From positions 1 through 55,469 of IMG/VR virus record IMGVR_UViG_3300032271_000676: a DNA stretch of 55,469 nt; one strand, given 5' to 3'. Numbering within the stretch: the stretch's first letter is position 1; the number at the start of each line of letters is the position of its first letter. Below the pieces are notes generated by a model. It had not been told where the DNA came from and ran no database searches. It saw nothing but the letters and a program-made list of their open reading frames with translations. This stretch comes from a virus (lineage: Duplodnaviria > Caudoviricetes). Below are positions 10,342 to 20,420 of the stretch, in pieces. The position numbers and the translations under genes are program-made.

Positions 10342-10562
10342 TATTTATCCGCTTTCCCATCTAGCTTTTCAAATATACGATTCAACATATCTTTGATCTC
10401 GCCTATTGACTCTTTAAAATCATCGCGGCGCACAAACTTATCGTTCATAACCGCAATATCTCTTTGCAGTTCTTTGAGGTTGTCCCAGACGACCTTTAAC
10501 CACCAGCCGCCAAATGTACAGATAAACCCAAAAGCAATGTGTACAAGATCGTCCGAAGACAT
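10341..10562 (-). CDS. Small single-TM coiled-coil protein (holin-like)
   Basis: IAFGFICTFGGWWL TM, then ...VRRDDF...IFEKLDGKADK. Confidence 0.7.
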   Translation of the reverse strand: MSSDDLVHIAFGFICTFGGWWLKVVWDNLKELQRDIAVMNDKFVRRDDFKESIGEIKDMLNRIFEKLDGKADK

Positions 10563-10563
10563 T

Positions 10564-11010
10564 TTATGCCTCAGCTATTGTCGTTTCTATTTGTGACTGA
10601 TTGTCAGACTCAGGAGCCTTGCCCTCAGGGCGAGGGTTTGCTTCTTTCTCTGCGGGAATTGCCTCTACAACAGCATCTGCAGTAATTGGCGCAATAGGCG
10701 CTGCACTCAGACCCATTTTAGCTGCGACTTCGGGGCGTAGTGAAAAATCATATTGCACGCCGGGTTCAAGATCAGGCATATCGCCATTTTCTTTAAGCGG
10801 GGGAGGGGCAACGACCGCACGTTGCATGCTAGGAATAATCTGGGGTCCTAAGGGCGCTGCAGGGGCTACAACAGCTTTTTTCTCGCCTTCAAATGCACCA
10901 GCAAATTTTTCTTCTAGGTGCTCTATGAATAGCAAAACATCGTCGTGAAACTCTTCTTTGAATGTTGCTAAATGCTCTTTGATTGCCTCTAAAATTGGTA
11001 CTCTATGCAT
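10564..11010 (-). CDS. Hypothetical protein (acidic, Pro/Ala-rich)
   Basis: 148 aa ORF with GAGGA RBS, in the operon. Confidence 0.7.
   Translation of the reverse strand: MHRVPILEAIKEHLATFKEEFHDDVLLFIEHLEEKFAGAFEGEKKAVVAPAAPLGPQIIPSMQRAVVAPPPLKENGDMPDLEPGVQYDFSLRPEVAAKMGLSAAPIAPITADAVVEAIPAEKEANPRPEGKAPESDNQSQIETTIAEA
10615..10636. repeat. Dispersed hairpin palindrome, copy 1
   Basis: AGCCTTGCCC-TCA-GGGCGAGGG; near-identical copies at 29368, 40452 and 49109. Confidence 0.85.
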
Positions 11011-11023
11011 GATCTAATCCTCA

Positions 11024-11248
11024 TTAGGTATTTGTGGTTTCAATGCTATCGGCAGGCATTACTTCACCTTCTACAGGTGCAGCTGGCGCGGCAGATGGCA
11101 TGGGGGGGATTTGGCCAGCTTGCGCTGCCATATGCATGTGCGCATTAGATTGAAGCTTATGAATCAACTGAAAGCTTTTTTCGTAAGGATCCTTACCTAG
11201 GTATCCTAAAACTTCATCGTATAACTCTATGCTAACTGGAATGTCCAT
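11024..11248 (-). CDS. Hypothetical protein, possible tail fibre chaperone
   Basis: 74 aa directly after the fibre genes; VLGYLGKDPY...LIHKL motif. Confidence 0.5.
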   Translation of the reverse strand: MDIPVSIELYDEVLGYLGKDPYEKSFQLIHKLQSNAHMHMAAQAGQIPPMPSAAPAAPVEGEVMPADSIETTNT

Positions 11249-11262
11249 TTACTGCTCCCTTG

Positions 11263-11838
11263 TTAAGTTAATCCGGGATAACCGGATATAATTGCTACAG
11301 ATGCTGATAAAAACAAAATACGAACAAGTGCATAACTACCTAACGTGCGACTTCCTACTTGTGAAGTTGATTGCCCAGCCCACTGTAGGGTCAAACCAGA
11401 ACCCGGCGTAATTGTTTGCGCAGTGCCTGAGTTATTGTAAATATTAATTTCATTGCCTGCCGAAAAAACTGAACTTGGCACTACCACACCACCAGTGGTG
11501 ATTGATATTAATTTGCCTGCATCAGTCGCAACCAAAGTATATGTGCTTGTTTGTGAATTTAGAGCATAACCAACATGATTAATTGTGTTTGTTACTGAAC
11601 CGGTCCATGTTGTACCGGTTGTGTATGCCATGCCAACGCCTGCCGTTAACGCATTACTTGTTGCAGTCGTAAATAACGTGACTACATTAGAAGCATTTTT
11701 ATAGTAAATCTTTCCATCATAGTAGTTCAGCGCAATTTCTGATCCATAGGCAGTATTTGTCAGATTGGAGGCCGAGGGAATATTACCCGTTGAGCCGCTT
11801 GCGTATATGTAGAGAGGGGTATATCCCGATGCAGCCAT
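11263..11838 (-). CDS. Short tail fibre/spike protein
   Basis: EIALNYYDGKIYYK N-terminal fibre-type domain; C-terminal YTLVATDAGKLI domain. Confidence 0.65.
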   Translation of the reverse strand: MAASGYTPLYIYASGSTGNIPSASNLTNTAYGSEIALNYYDGKIYYKNASNVVTLFTTATSNALTAGVGMAYTTGTTWTGSVTNTINHVGYALNSQTSTYTLVATDAGKLISITTGGVVVPSSVFSAGNEINIYNNSGTAQTITPGSGLTLQWAGQSTSQVGSRTLGSYALVRILFLSASVAIISGYPGLT

Positions 11839-11847
11839 AATATTTTC

Positions 11848-14800
11848 CTAGAAAAAATTAAAAAACCCAACGGAAGCTGAACTTGGAAACAAAATATTTG
11901 TATTGTTGCTTACGTTTACAGATCTTAAAAAAGTCCACGGACCACCTGATCCATTCAAGTCTCTCGCTGAAATATATTGTGCCGTATTTTGCGTAGTCGC
12001 TGAATATATTGTTGCTTGCGTTCCCGACGTACTTGATTGCAGATTAACTAAACTTCCGTTTACACCTGACAGCGTAAAACTAGTAAAAGATGTTGTTGTA
12101 CTGGCAGGTAACTGAATAGTTGTACCACCGGAAGCCGCCAAATTTCCAAATGTATTGGCACCTGTTATGACGGTTGTTCCGCTTTGAGTATTTAGTGTTG
12201 CTGGATAAGAATACCCCCCACCTGCAAATGTTGCAGTACCGCCACTATTTAATGCAATCGTTGTTCCTGAACCCGATGTTGTGAAGTTTGTTCCTGATAC
12301 GGTCCACGGAGTTGCAGTATTTAGTTGATATGTACCACCTGCAAAGGTTATATTTCTTTTAACAAGATTGTCTGACGTAAAAGTTAATCCTGTTGTTGCA
12401 CCAGTTGCAGCGCTAACAAGAACTCCGGGCTGATATCCAAAAAATCCCGGCGGTAATTCCGTTGATGTTACAAATACTATGGTTTGAAGAGGCGATTGCC
12501 CATACAACTGAAAGTTAAATAGTCCAGTTACTGCCATAAACCAAGGACCAATATAATAAGTTCCTGCTGGCAATCCCGTTGTTGCGTTTACACTATTTGT
12601 ACCTGTTACTACAAGTTGCTGTCCATAACTCCCACCAAAAAATCCCGTTGATGGACGCAGTCCTGCGGTCATTTGTGTGTAAAGAATGTTATTAGCGGCT
12701 AGTGTCGGTCCAATAGTAGGAGTTCCTGCTAATGAAGATTGACTTATAACACCATTACAGCCGCTTATTGTAAATCCACCATCACTAAACTTTGACCCTG
12801 TTACAACTAAATTACCCGAACTTACTGATGGCGCAAAAGTCAGATTGTTACCTAACGTTATTGTTCCGCCAGCACTTGATTGCATAAATTGTGTAATTAT
12901 TACCGTTCTATCAATAGACGCATTTAAACTTAAAGTTGCTGCTCCAGAATCACCTACCATCATAATAAATGCTTGTTGTTCGCTTGAAGGCGTTGCAAAC
13001 GTGCCGCCTTGAACTATAAGATCTCCATTACATACAATTCCTGCGGACGCACCAGCTGCTCCAATAGTTCCGGTAAATCCTGATGTAAATGTAATTGACG
13101 GGAAAAAAGTACCTGCTGCAGTAGACTGAACAGTTCCTGTTCCCGCAGTAAATTGTAATGCTATATTTCCTTGTTTAAATGGTTTGTTAATTAAAGGACC
13201 CAACGAACTGTTTGTAAAAGTTGACCCGTTCGCGCCATATTGAATTACTCTTGTTGTTGAAGAGCTATTAGAACAATTTATATAGGCATTTGTACCAGTA
13301 AAGCTTAGAAGTGTACCTCCTGCTGCGTTAAACACGTTTGATGTTCCCGTACTATTTAACGATCCAGATGAGCCGAACGAAATTACAGCCGGAGTATTGC
13401 AATAAGTATTTGGCGTCATGTTGTTATAAGGTACGCTTGTAACAAACTGACCCAAAGTATGAGCTAAATTATTAAGATCTAATGTTCCACAAGTAAAGCT
13501 AGTTAAATTTAAATTTGCTACTGCATCATTTAATTTCAATGTTGATCCGGGAAGCTCCATTCCCACATTCATAGTTCCCGTAAAACCATTAGTTGTTAAT
13601 GTTGCTGAACCTGCTGGCCTCCCAATAAAATTTACGGCCCCGGCTACAGTTACACCAGACTGTAATGTGGCTGAATACGTTACATAACAACCAGATCCAA
13701 TAAAATTGGTTGATCCTGCTTGTATAGTTAGAGTCCCAAAAGATAAATAAAACAACGAATTGCTCACTTGAGCACTATTACTTGCAAATATTACTGTGTC
13801 TTGTGGAAGGGGACAATTAGCAAGCCCCGTAGCGCCGGTTGCAGACCCAGTTGCAAAAGCTGTTGCAAAACCTGTTGAAGTATTTGTTGCAGTTGATGAT
13901 ATATAAACAGTTTTTGGCGCAGTAAACGTAATATTAACAGTATTACCATAATTACCAAAACTTGTTCCACTTACCGTAGAGTTCCATTGAACTCCACCAA
14001 AATCTATATAACCACTGTTATTAAACGTTGTTACAATTAATTGAATTCTAGTTGGACTAAATAATTCTGAATTCTCTAACCTTAATCTTTTTACTTGACT
14101 ATATCCTGTTAAATTTAATGTTCCTATTGTTACTGAAACTCCATTAAATGCTCCTATTCCTAGTCGTTGCATTGACGAAATGGCAGCATTTTGCTGTTGA
14201 TTAACCCAAGTTAATGTTCCAATTGTAGTTATGTTATCTAATTGTAAATTAAAATTATATAAATTGTTTGTACTAGTATCAGTTGAACCAGAATTTGAAA
14301 TTGTCCCAACGGCATTTCCACCTAAATTTATATAATAACCTGTTATATTTGTCGTTGTATTTGTTTGTCCTATCAATATTGTTGCTGTGTTAAGTCCTAC
14401 CACACTTGTATATTGTGTATTTATATAGAATGGCCCAAAAATATCACCCTGCGCATAAGTAATCGTTCCGGTAAATGTACATGTTGTTGCTTGTGTTGCT
14501 GAACCATAATAATAAAATTCTTGTAAATACAGGCTTTGTGAATTTTGATCAAAACTACTGTTATATATTGTTAATGTGCCAAAAAAAGTACTAGTTAATC
14601 TAACGGTTGCCCCACCTACTCCGGGTAACTGACAACCAACAGTCATCCTCGACTGAAGTGAGCTTAGGTTTAAACTAATAAGTTGCGTTATTCCGGTTCC
14701 GCCACAACAAACAAGATTCTGAAAAATAACTTGCTGCGTACCTGAAGTTGTTATGTTTCCAGATGCATATACAAAATTCGAAAAAACCCAGCGATATGTG

Positions 14801-15009
14801 GCAGTATTAACCACTGTCATGTTTCGACACATGACTGCATTCCATTGGTAACTAGTAACAGTTGTAAGAGCTGATATATTTTGAAAAACTACATCATCTG
14901 TTGCAGTGGGAACCCCAGCACCACCAGCGCCACCTGATGTTAATGACCAATTAAGTGTATTCGTTGGCGTCCAGTTCCCAGAGCCGCCAACCCAGTAATA
15001 TGTTGTCAT
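11848..15009 (-). CDS. Large beta-helix/adhesin-like receptor-binding protein
   Basis: 1053 aa; YYWVGGSGNW...NWSLTSGGAGGAGVPTATDDVVF start, repeated as CPLPQDTVIF; T/G/S/N-rich. Confidence 0.65.
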   Translation of the reverse strand: MTTYYWVGGSGNWTPTNTLNWSLTSGGAGGAGVPTATDDVVFQNISALTTVTSYQWNAVMCRNMTVVNTATYRWVFSNFVYASGNITTSGTQQVIFQNLVCCGGTGITQLISLNLSSLQSRMTVGCQLPGVGGATVRLTSTFFGTLTIYNSSFDQNSQSLYLQEFYYYGSATQATTCTFTGTITYAQGDIFGPFYINTQYTSVVGLNTATILIGQTNTTTNITGYYINLGGNAVGTISNSGSTDTSTNNLYNFNLQLDNITTIGTLTWVNQQQNAAISSMQRLGIGAFNGVSVTIGTLNLTGYSQVKRLRLENSELFSPTRIQLIVTTFNNSGYIDFGGVQWNSTVSGTSFGNYGNTVNITFTAPKTVYISSTATNTSTGFATAFATGSATGATGLANCPLPQDTVIFASNSAQVSNSLFYLSFGTLTIQAGSTNFIGSGCYVTYSATLQSGVTVAGAVNFIGRPAGSATLTTNGFTGTMNVGMELPGSTLKLNDAVANLNLTSFTCGTLDLNNLAHTLGQFVTSVPYNNMTPNTYCNTPAVISFGSSGSLNSTGTSNVFNAAGGTLLSFTGTNAYINCSNSSSTTRVIQYGANGSTFTNSSLGPLINKPFKQGNIALQFTAGTGTVQSTAAGTFFPSITFTSGFTGTIGAAGASAGIVCNGDLIVQGGTFATPSSEQQAFIMMVGDSGAATLSLNASIDRTVIITQFMQSSAGGTITLGNNLTFAPSVSSGNLVVTGSKFSDGGFTISGCNGVISQSSLAGTPTIGPTLAANNILYTQMTAGLRPSTGFFGGSYGQQLVVTGTNSVNATTGLPAGTYYIGPWFMAVTGLFNFQLYGQSPLQTIVFVTSTELPPGFFGYQPGVLVSAATGATTGLTFTSDNLVKRNITFAGGTYQLNTATPWTVSGTNFTTSGSGTTIALNSGGTATFAGGGYSYPATLNTQSGTTVITGANTFGNLAASGGTTIQLPASTTTSFTSFTLSGVNGSLVNLQSSTSGTQATIYSATTQNTAQYISARDLNGSGGPWTFLRSVNVSNNTNILFPSSASVGFFNFF

Positions 15010-15021
15010 TTGACCCTCGCT

Positions 15022-18000
15022 TTATGCGCTTACTGCCAATACGTCCCAGAACGTATCTTGTGCGTTATATACACAACCAATATATACAGGCTTTCCTACA
15101 ACCGTTGTAGTAGGTAGTGTAGGGCCTAACGCACGATATCCCCCTGATGATGTTGTCCACGTTAATGTTTGCGCGGTTCCATTATCTTTAATTCGGATTA
15201 ATAGTTTCTGGCTATCTACGCCAGCCGAAGGCGCTGCAATCGTTGCTGCTGATGCCAGCGCGGTTACCTCATATTGACCTATCGTAATTGAAGGCGTAAT
15301 TGTTGACGCTGTTGCTATAGAGGTTATGGTTGCAACGTTAAAACCTTGAATTGGACCCACAACATAAAGACCATTTGAGCCTGTTGGATTTGTTGTTGTG
15401 CCAATAACAAAGTTACCGTTTGTATCAAAATAGCCTTTTACGTTTCCTGCGCCATCTGACAACACAACATAATTACTACCTGTTGCACTAATAGGAGCTG
15501 CCGAACCAGTATATCTACCTAAAATTGTATTGTTACTGCCAGTTGTTATAAATGAACCAGATTGATTACCCACTGCTGTATTAAAAGACCCGCTGGTGAG
15601 TCTCAATAACGCTGCTTGCCCCAATGCGACATTAACGGTTCCAGTAGATGTTCCAGTAACACCATAAAGCGCTTTATAACCAAAAGCATCGTTATCAATA
15701 CCTGTTAGGAAATATGCAGCCTGCGAACCCACTGCGGTAGAAGTAGAAGCAACAGTATTGGTGTATAACGCCTGATAACCAATTGCTACTGCGTTGACTC
15801 CAGTAAGATTTTTGTTTAATGCCTGATAACCAACCGCTACAAGGGTGGACCCAGTAGTATTAGCATTTAACGCGCCATTGCCTAATGCAGTGTTTGTGGC
15901 AACTGACCCCGTTCCTAAGCCAATGGTTAAACCATGTATTGACGCATCATTAGAGCCAGTGAGGGTAGTAAATGTGCCTGCTGCAGCTGCAGAACCACCA
16001 ATTGCAGGTGGCGATGCCAAATATGTGCTAAATCCTGCTCCGCTAACAGTACTTGATGCGGATAACGTTGTAAAAGCTCCTGAGCTTGGAGTGGTTCCTC
16101 CGATCGGACCCGGTGACGCAGGATTGAATGATGATGTTGAGCTTATAGTAATAGCAGCTGATCCATCATATGTTGTTCCGCTGCTAAAAGTGATTCCGGA
16201 TCCAGCTGTTAATGCATTAGTAACTTTTCCTGCCTGCGCAACGTTAAGATTTGCTACTTGCGTAGTTGAAGAAATAATAAATGGCGCCGTACCCGTTGCT
16301 ACGTTTGACACATATTGATTTGCGTAAGTAACACCGGTCGCACCTGATGTACTTGTACCGTTAACTACAAAATTCCCGGAGTTGTCAAAATAACCCCTTA
16401 TATTTCCTTGTCCATCAGATAGTACGATGTAATTACTACCTGTTGCGCTTATAGGCGCTGAAGTGCCAGTGTATTGGCCAATTATAGAATTGTAGTTACC
16501 AGTCGTTATTCCTGAGCCTGCATTCTGTCCAAACGCCGAATTTGAATTCCCTAGTATTCCTGTTAATGCTTGATACCCAAACCCCGCATTTCCTGTTGCC
16601 GATGAACTTAATCCAAGCGATGAGCCACCTACAGCAGACCCTCCAAATCCATCGTTTGTTCCTGTTAACAAACCTCTTCCTGCAGCGCTACCTACAATAG
16701 TTGACGTACTTGCTGCAGTTGAGCTTGCTAGTGCTGACGCTCCGATTGCTATATTGGCGCCAGAACCGGTGTTAAGACCTAATGGACTGCCATTACCAAT
16801 CGCAATCTGTCCACTAAAACTCCCTGCGCCACGCGAGATCGCTAATGTTCCACCAATTGTTACTGACGTTGTGGCTGTTATTGTTGAGGCTGATAGGGAA
16901 GTAAATGCACCACTACTTGCCGTACCGCTACCTATAGATCCGGGTGCCGCAAATGTTGCACCATTCAAGCTTGACGCATTTAAGTTAGGCACATTTGTTG
17001 TGCTTGTGATTACAAATGGTGCAGTACCATCGGCTAACGTTGATGTTATTTGGCCCGTTGCCGATAGTGTAGTAAATGCACCAGTTCCGGGCGTCCCAGT
17101 TCCGATGTTGGATGAATTAATGGTTTTGTTGGTTAAAGTTTGACTTGCAGTCAAAAACGCCACAACCGTGTTATCCACCGTTGTCGTTACAGCCGCAGAA
17201 CCATTGTACGATGTGCCTGTTAAACCACTTCCTAATGTCAATGTACTCTGCACTGGCGGTACTATAGAAATAGTTGAACCAAGCTGGTAATTTGTTCCAT
17301 TAATAATAAAGTATGGAAATACAAGCGCAGTATTCTGTAAATTAGTAATCGTATTGTTTGCGCCGTTTATGGTTTTATTTGTAAGTGTTTGCAGTCCAGA
17401 TAAAGTTGCCGTAACAGTTGGATCTACACTTACAGTTACTGCTGTTGATCCATTAAAACTTGTATATGCCCCACCGGTAACACCACTACCAAAAGTTAGT
17501 GATTGCGACGTACCGCCTGTACCAATAGTTACTGACCCACCTAACGAAACTGTATTTCCGTTAATAGTGATTGTATTATTAGTTAAAGCAGAATTAGGAA
17601 TGCTGGTTAATGTGTTGCTTGCGCCACTAATTGATTTATTAGAAAGGGTTAAAGTATTTGATGCAGTGGCCACTATAGAGGTATCAACTGCAATCGTTCC
17701 ACTTGCAGTAATCGTTCCACCAGTTAAACCAGTTCCTGCTGTTATTGACGTAACGCTTCCGCCAGAAGCTAAAGAGGACCATGCGGAGCCGTTGTACCCT
17801 TCATAGATTGATGTGTCCGTGTTATAACGGATTGAGCCTGCAGTGCCAGATCTTTGTCCTGTAGTTCCTGATGGGATTGTTATTGATCCCGTACCCGGAA
17901 TAACTGGATTACTTGCTAAACCGACTGTTGGCGACGATCCGCCGCTTGCGTTACCGTTCGTAACTGATGTTTGACTCGCGACACCGACAATAGATACTGG

Positions 18001-18471
18001 ATACACGGTTTGCGAAGATGAATTAATACCTAACAAACCTAACCCGGTCGCATTTGCTATTGCCTGCATAAATGTGGACAAATTTATGGTTGGATTGCCT
18101 GCTTGCCCCGACCCATTTGTAACCGATAAACCACTGCCAGATACGGCTATAGATCGTGGAGTTACTGTTGCTCCAACCTTTGCTAACATGCCTATAGATG
18201 CGCTCTCTAGGGTCGATGAAACACCGTTAAGAGCAACTGTAATTTGTGATCCATCGTTTGTCAGACCTATTCCATTATTACCAGACAAATAGCGACTATT
18301 TGCCAGACCAGATCCATTACCCCATGTCAAAAATTGCTGAGTTAATGTATTTGCTTGGGCTAATAAATTGGAGGTAGTTTGTACCGTTACCCCATTTTGT
18401 ACGATGGGTACCAGTTCTGTACCTGTAAGCGTTGTAGCCTGCGGTAATTGCGAAATTGTTATATTTGCCAT
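15022..18471 (-). CDS. Long tail fibre protein
   Basis: 1149 aa; ITISQLP N-terminus, IRYNTDTSIYEGY domain, QTLTNKTI repeats, NTAVGxxAL-type repeats. Confidence 0.8.
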   Translation of the reverse strand: MANITISQLPQATTLTGTELVPIVQNGVTVQTTSNLLAQANTLTQQFLTWGNGSGLANSRYLSGNNGIGLTNDGSQITVALNGVSSTLESASIGMLAKVGATVTPRSIAVSGSGLSVTNGSGQAGNPTINLSTFMQAIANATGLGLLGINSSSQTVYPVSIVGVASQTSVTNGNASGGSSPTVGLASNPVIPGTGSITIPSGTTGQRSGTAGSIRYNTDTSIYEGYNGSAWSSLASGGSVTSITAGTGLTGGTITASGTIAVDTSIVATASNTLTLSNKSISGASNTLTSIPNSALTNNTITINGNTVSLGGSVTIGTGGTSQSLTFGSGVTGGAYTSFNGSTAVTVSVDPTVTATLSGLQTLTNKTINGANNTITNLQNTALVFPYFIINGTNYQLGSTISIVPPVQSTLTLGSGLTGTSYNGSAAVTTTVDNTVVAFLTASQTLTNKTINSSNIGTGTPGTGAFTTLSATGQITSTLADGTAPFVITSTTNVPNLNASSLNGATFAAPGSIGSGTASSGAFTSLSASTITATTSVTIGGTLAISRGAGSFSGQIAIGNGSPLGLNTGSGANIAIGASALASSTAASTSTIVGSAAGRGLLTGTNDGFGGSAVGGSSLGLSSSATGNAGFGYQALTGILGNSNSAFGQNAGSGITTGNYNSIIGQYTGTSAPISATGSNYIVLSDGQGNIRGYFDNSGNFVVNGTSTSGATGVTYANQYVSNVATGTAPFIISSTTQVANLNVAQAGKVTNALTAGSGITFSSGTTYDGSAAITISSTSSFNPASPGPIGGTTPSSGAFTTLSASSTVSGAGFSTYLASPPAIGGSAAAAGTFTTLTGSNDASIHGLTIGLGTGSVATNTALGNGALNANTTGSTLVAVGYQALNKNLTGVNAVAIGYQALYTNTVASTSTAVGSQAAYFLTGIDNDAFGYKALYGVTGTSTGTVNVALGQAALLRLTSGSFNTAVGNQSGSFITTGSNNTILGRYTGSAAPISATGSNYVVLSDGAGNVKGYFDTNGNFVIGTTTNPTGSNGLYVVGPIQGFNVATITSIATASTITPSITIGQYEVTALASAATIAAPSAGVDSQKLLIRIKDNGTAQTLTWTTSSGGYRALGPTLPTTTVVGKPVYIGCVYNAQDTFWDVLAVSA
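15404..16520 (-). repeat. Internal duplication of about 52 aa within the tail fibre
   Basis: ITTGNYNSIIGQYTGTSAPISATGSNYIVLSDGQGNIRGYFD (~16365-16520) versus ITTGSNNTILGRYTGSAAPISATGSNYVVLSDGAGNVKGYFD (~15404-15560). Confidence 0.85.
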
Positions 18472-18472
18472 G

Positions 18473-18811
18473 CTAACTCCAACTCAATGTATCTAGGTTT
18501 CCGTTATCAGATGGGTTTGACGTATTTTGTTCTGGTGACAGCACAACGTTTTCATTGGCGTTGATTGATATACCTGTATCAACAACCGCAATGTCTTGAT
18601 CTGGGCGTGGGAACCTAAGGTTTATACGTTCTGTTTGGCGTGCGGGTAAACGATAAGGATCCATGTTGTCACGGCATCCTTGATCACACACTCGTAGTCC
18701 GGGAAAGTTAAAATCAGGCCCTAACGTCACAAAAGGGCGCTTCATCTTGCAGCGGTCGCATATTGCTATGGCAACACTTGCAAGTCCTCGTGTATCGAGA
18801 AATATGGGCAT
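18473..18811 (-). CDS. Small Cys-containing (Zn-binding-like) virion-module protein
   Basis: AICDRC...GLRVCDQGCRD. Confidence 0.65.
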   Translation of the reverse strand: MPIFLDTRGLASVAIAICDRCKMKRPFVTLGPDFNFPGLRVCDQGCRDNMDPYRLPARQTERINLRFPRPDQDIAVVDTGISINANENVVLSPEQNTSNPSDNGNLDTLSWS

Positions 18812-19896
18812 TATCTCGTGTACACACTTATGTTAGGCGCCCAATAAATCGGCGATTTATCACGCTCTTCTTCTTCTGCTTCATGCAGGTACTGTGCAGC
18901 CATTCTTTCAAGATACCCAATACGCTCTACTTCCACATTTGGCATTTCCATCGACATGCGATGAGCAAGCATAAACGTCAAAGCCTCCAGCCAACGCTGT
19001 GGCACCTGTATCTCGTTTTGCATGGTTCCAACATCTTGTACGTAGCCAGAATACCAAACGGTCATTTGTACGAACGAAGATGATGGCACAGGCCACAAAT
19101 ATACTGTCGGCTGCGCTGACGCATTCGACGTACCAATCGTGCGATCAAACCAAAATTGAAACGGCTGGTTCGCCGTGAAGTTCTTATTCGGTAGATTAGT
19201 ATAGTCATCTCGATTCAATCGACTCATTTGAATCTCACGCGAGTTATTGCCAAAGTACAACTCACGCAAACTTAATATCGTGCTGCCGTTTGCAAGCATT
19301 CGGTAGTACGCCACGTTTTGGCCCGGATCTATATCCTGCCAGTACCATTCACCATCTTGTACGGTAACGTTGCTTGCAGTATATAAGGTTGTCCAATTGG
19401 TGCCATCTGCTGACGCCTGCAGGGAATATCCCCATACTTGCGACCCACCGCCAGAAATGTAGGGCATAAAGCCAATAGAGCCGATGTAAACATTTTGGCC
19501 ATAATTGACTGACATTTGCCCGCCATACGTGGTTTGTTGGCAGTATGTATCTGTATTTCCATCGTATACGTTTGCAACATTTCCGCCAGAATCAGAAGAA
19601 TATGACCCGCTCGGTCGCGCCATCTGGCGATACAGCACCTGCAGCACATCATTTGTGCCTACCGGTAAGGGATAAATATATTGATTTGCAATTAGGCCCT
19701 GAACATATTTGATAATTGTCCAGTAATTAATGCCCAGATTGGTTAAATGGGATAATACGAAGTACAGCGACTCTTTAGCAGATAATAATTGCTCTGAAGT
19801 AAGTTCTTCAGCTAATTTTCCGCAACGACGAGCGCCATGATCTATCAGCTGCTGCACAGTGATAGTTGTTTGGCCTACCGTACCTGAATATGACAT
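18811..19896 (-). CDS. Head-tail connector/adaptor with an inserted discoidin (F5/8C)-like domain
   Basis: 361 aa; connector-like N- and C-termini (YLWPVP, PQRWLEAL) flank NVYDGNTDTY...SLQASADGTNWTTL...YYR. Confidence 0.6.
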   Translation of the reverse strand: MSYSGTVGQTTITVQQLIDHGARRCGKLAEELTSEQLLSAKESLYFVLSHLTNLGINYWTIIKYVQGLIANQYIYPLPVGTNDVLQVLYRQMARPSGSYSSDSGGNVANVYDGNTDTYCQQTTYGGQMSVNYGQNVYIGSIGFMPYISGGGSQVWGYSLQASADGTNWTTLYTASNVTVQDGEWYWQDIDPGQNVAYYRMLANGSTILSLRELYFGNNSREIQMSRLNRDDYTNLPNKNFTANQPFQFWFDRTIGTSNASAQPTVYLWPVPSSSFVQMTVWYSGYVQDVGTMQNEIQVPQRWLEALTFMLAHRMSMEMPNVEVERIGYLERMAAQYLHEAEEEERDKSPIYWAPNISVYTR

Positions 19897-20418
19897 TTAC
19901 CACCCCGGACATTTCCACCGTTTCATGGAAGCGCGGGAGCGCGATCCCGGCTCGCTTTTTTCTGCTACGGAACCCATCCTTGCACAAAAGGAATCTTTGC
20001 GAGGACCGCCTTCGGGCTGCGGTGCTTTGAGGTGTGAGCCAGTCTCACGATTATACTTCTCTCTGCCCTTTTGCGTTAGCCCCGCTCCACGCTCTACAGA
20101 CATTTTTTCGCCGCGACCAACAGCTAAGGAGGGGCCTCCATCTTTATGCTTGGCTGTTTTGGCGCTCTCTATGAAGGCTTGTTTAGTTGGAGCACCTGAC
20201 GAACCAGCGCGGCGCATCTTCTCGCCGCTGCCGTGACTAATTCTTTCACGCTTTGCCCAAATATTTGCATACAATCCACCTTTTTTAAAATGTTTACTTT
20301 CGTCGGCCTCTATAAAATGTTTGCCGACTTTTTGTGATACGCCCACCTTTTCCGCAAAATCTGGGTTGTGAGCTACCGCCGCCATTAATTTGTGCTGTTT
20401 AGCAGATTTGCTTGGCAT
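19897..20418 (-). CDS. Basic three-module protein (C-terminal DUF6321-like), modules separated by xKxGG
   Basis: GLTQKGREKYNRETGSHLKAP...RKDSFCARM...RWKC resembles DUF6321; FKKGG and HKDGG at the module junctions. Confidence 0.6.
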   Translation of the reverse strand: MPSKSAKQHKLMAAVAHNPDFAEKVGVSQKVGKHFIEADESKHFKKGGLYANIWAKRERISHGSGEKMRRAGSSGAPTKQAFIESAKTAKHKDGGPSLAVGRGEKMSVERGAGLTQKGREKYNRETGSHLKAPQPEGGPRKDSFCARMGSVAEKSEPGSRSRASMKRWKCPGW

Positions 20419-20420
20419 AG

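Noticed and set aside
13900-14600. AT-rich patch in the 1053-aa gene as a separate mobile insertion
   Set aside because: The ORF stays open and no boundary repeats are visible; consistent with N/T/I-rich receptor-binding mosaicism
11848-18471. Possible diversity-generating retroelement acting on the fibre genes
   Set aside because: No reverse transcriptase; the internal duplication differs at all base types, not only adenines
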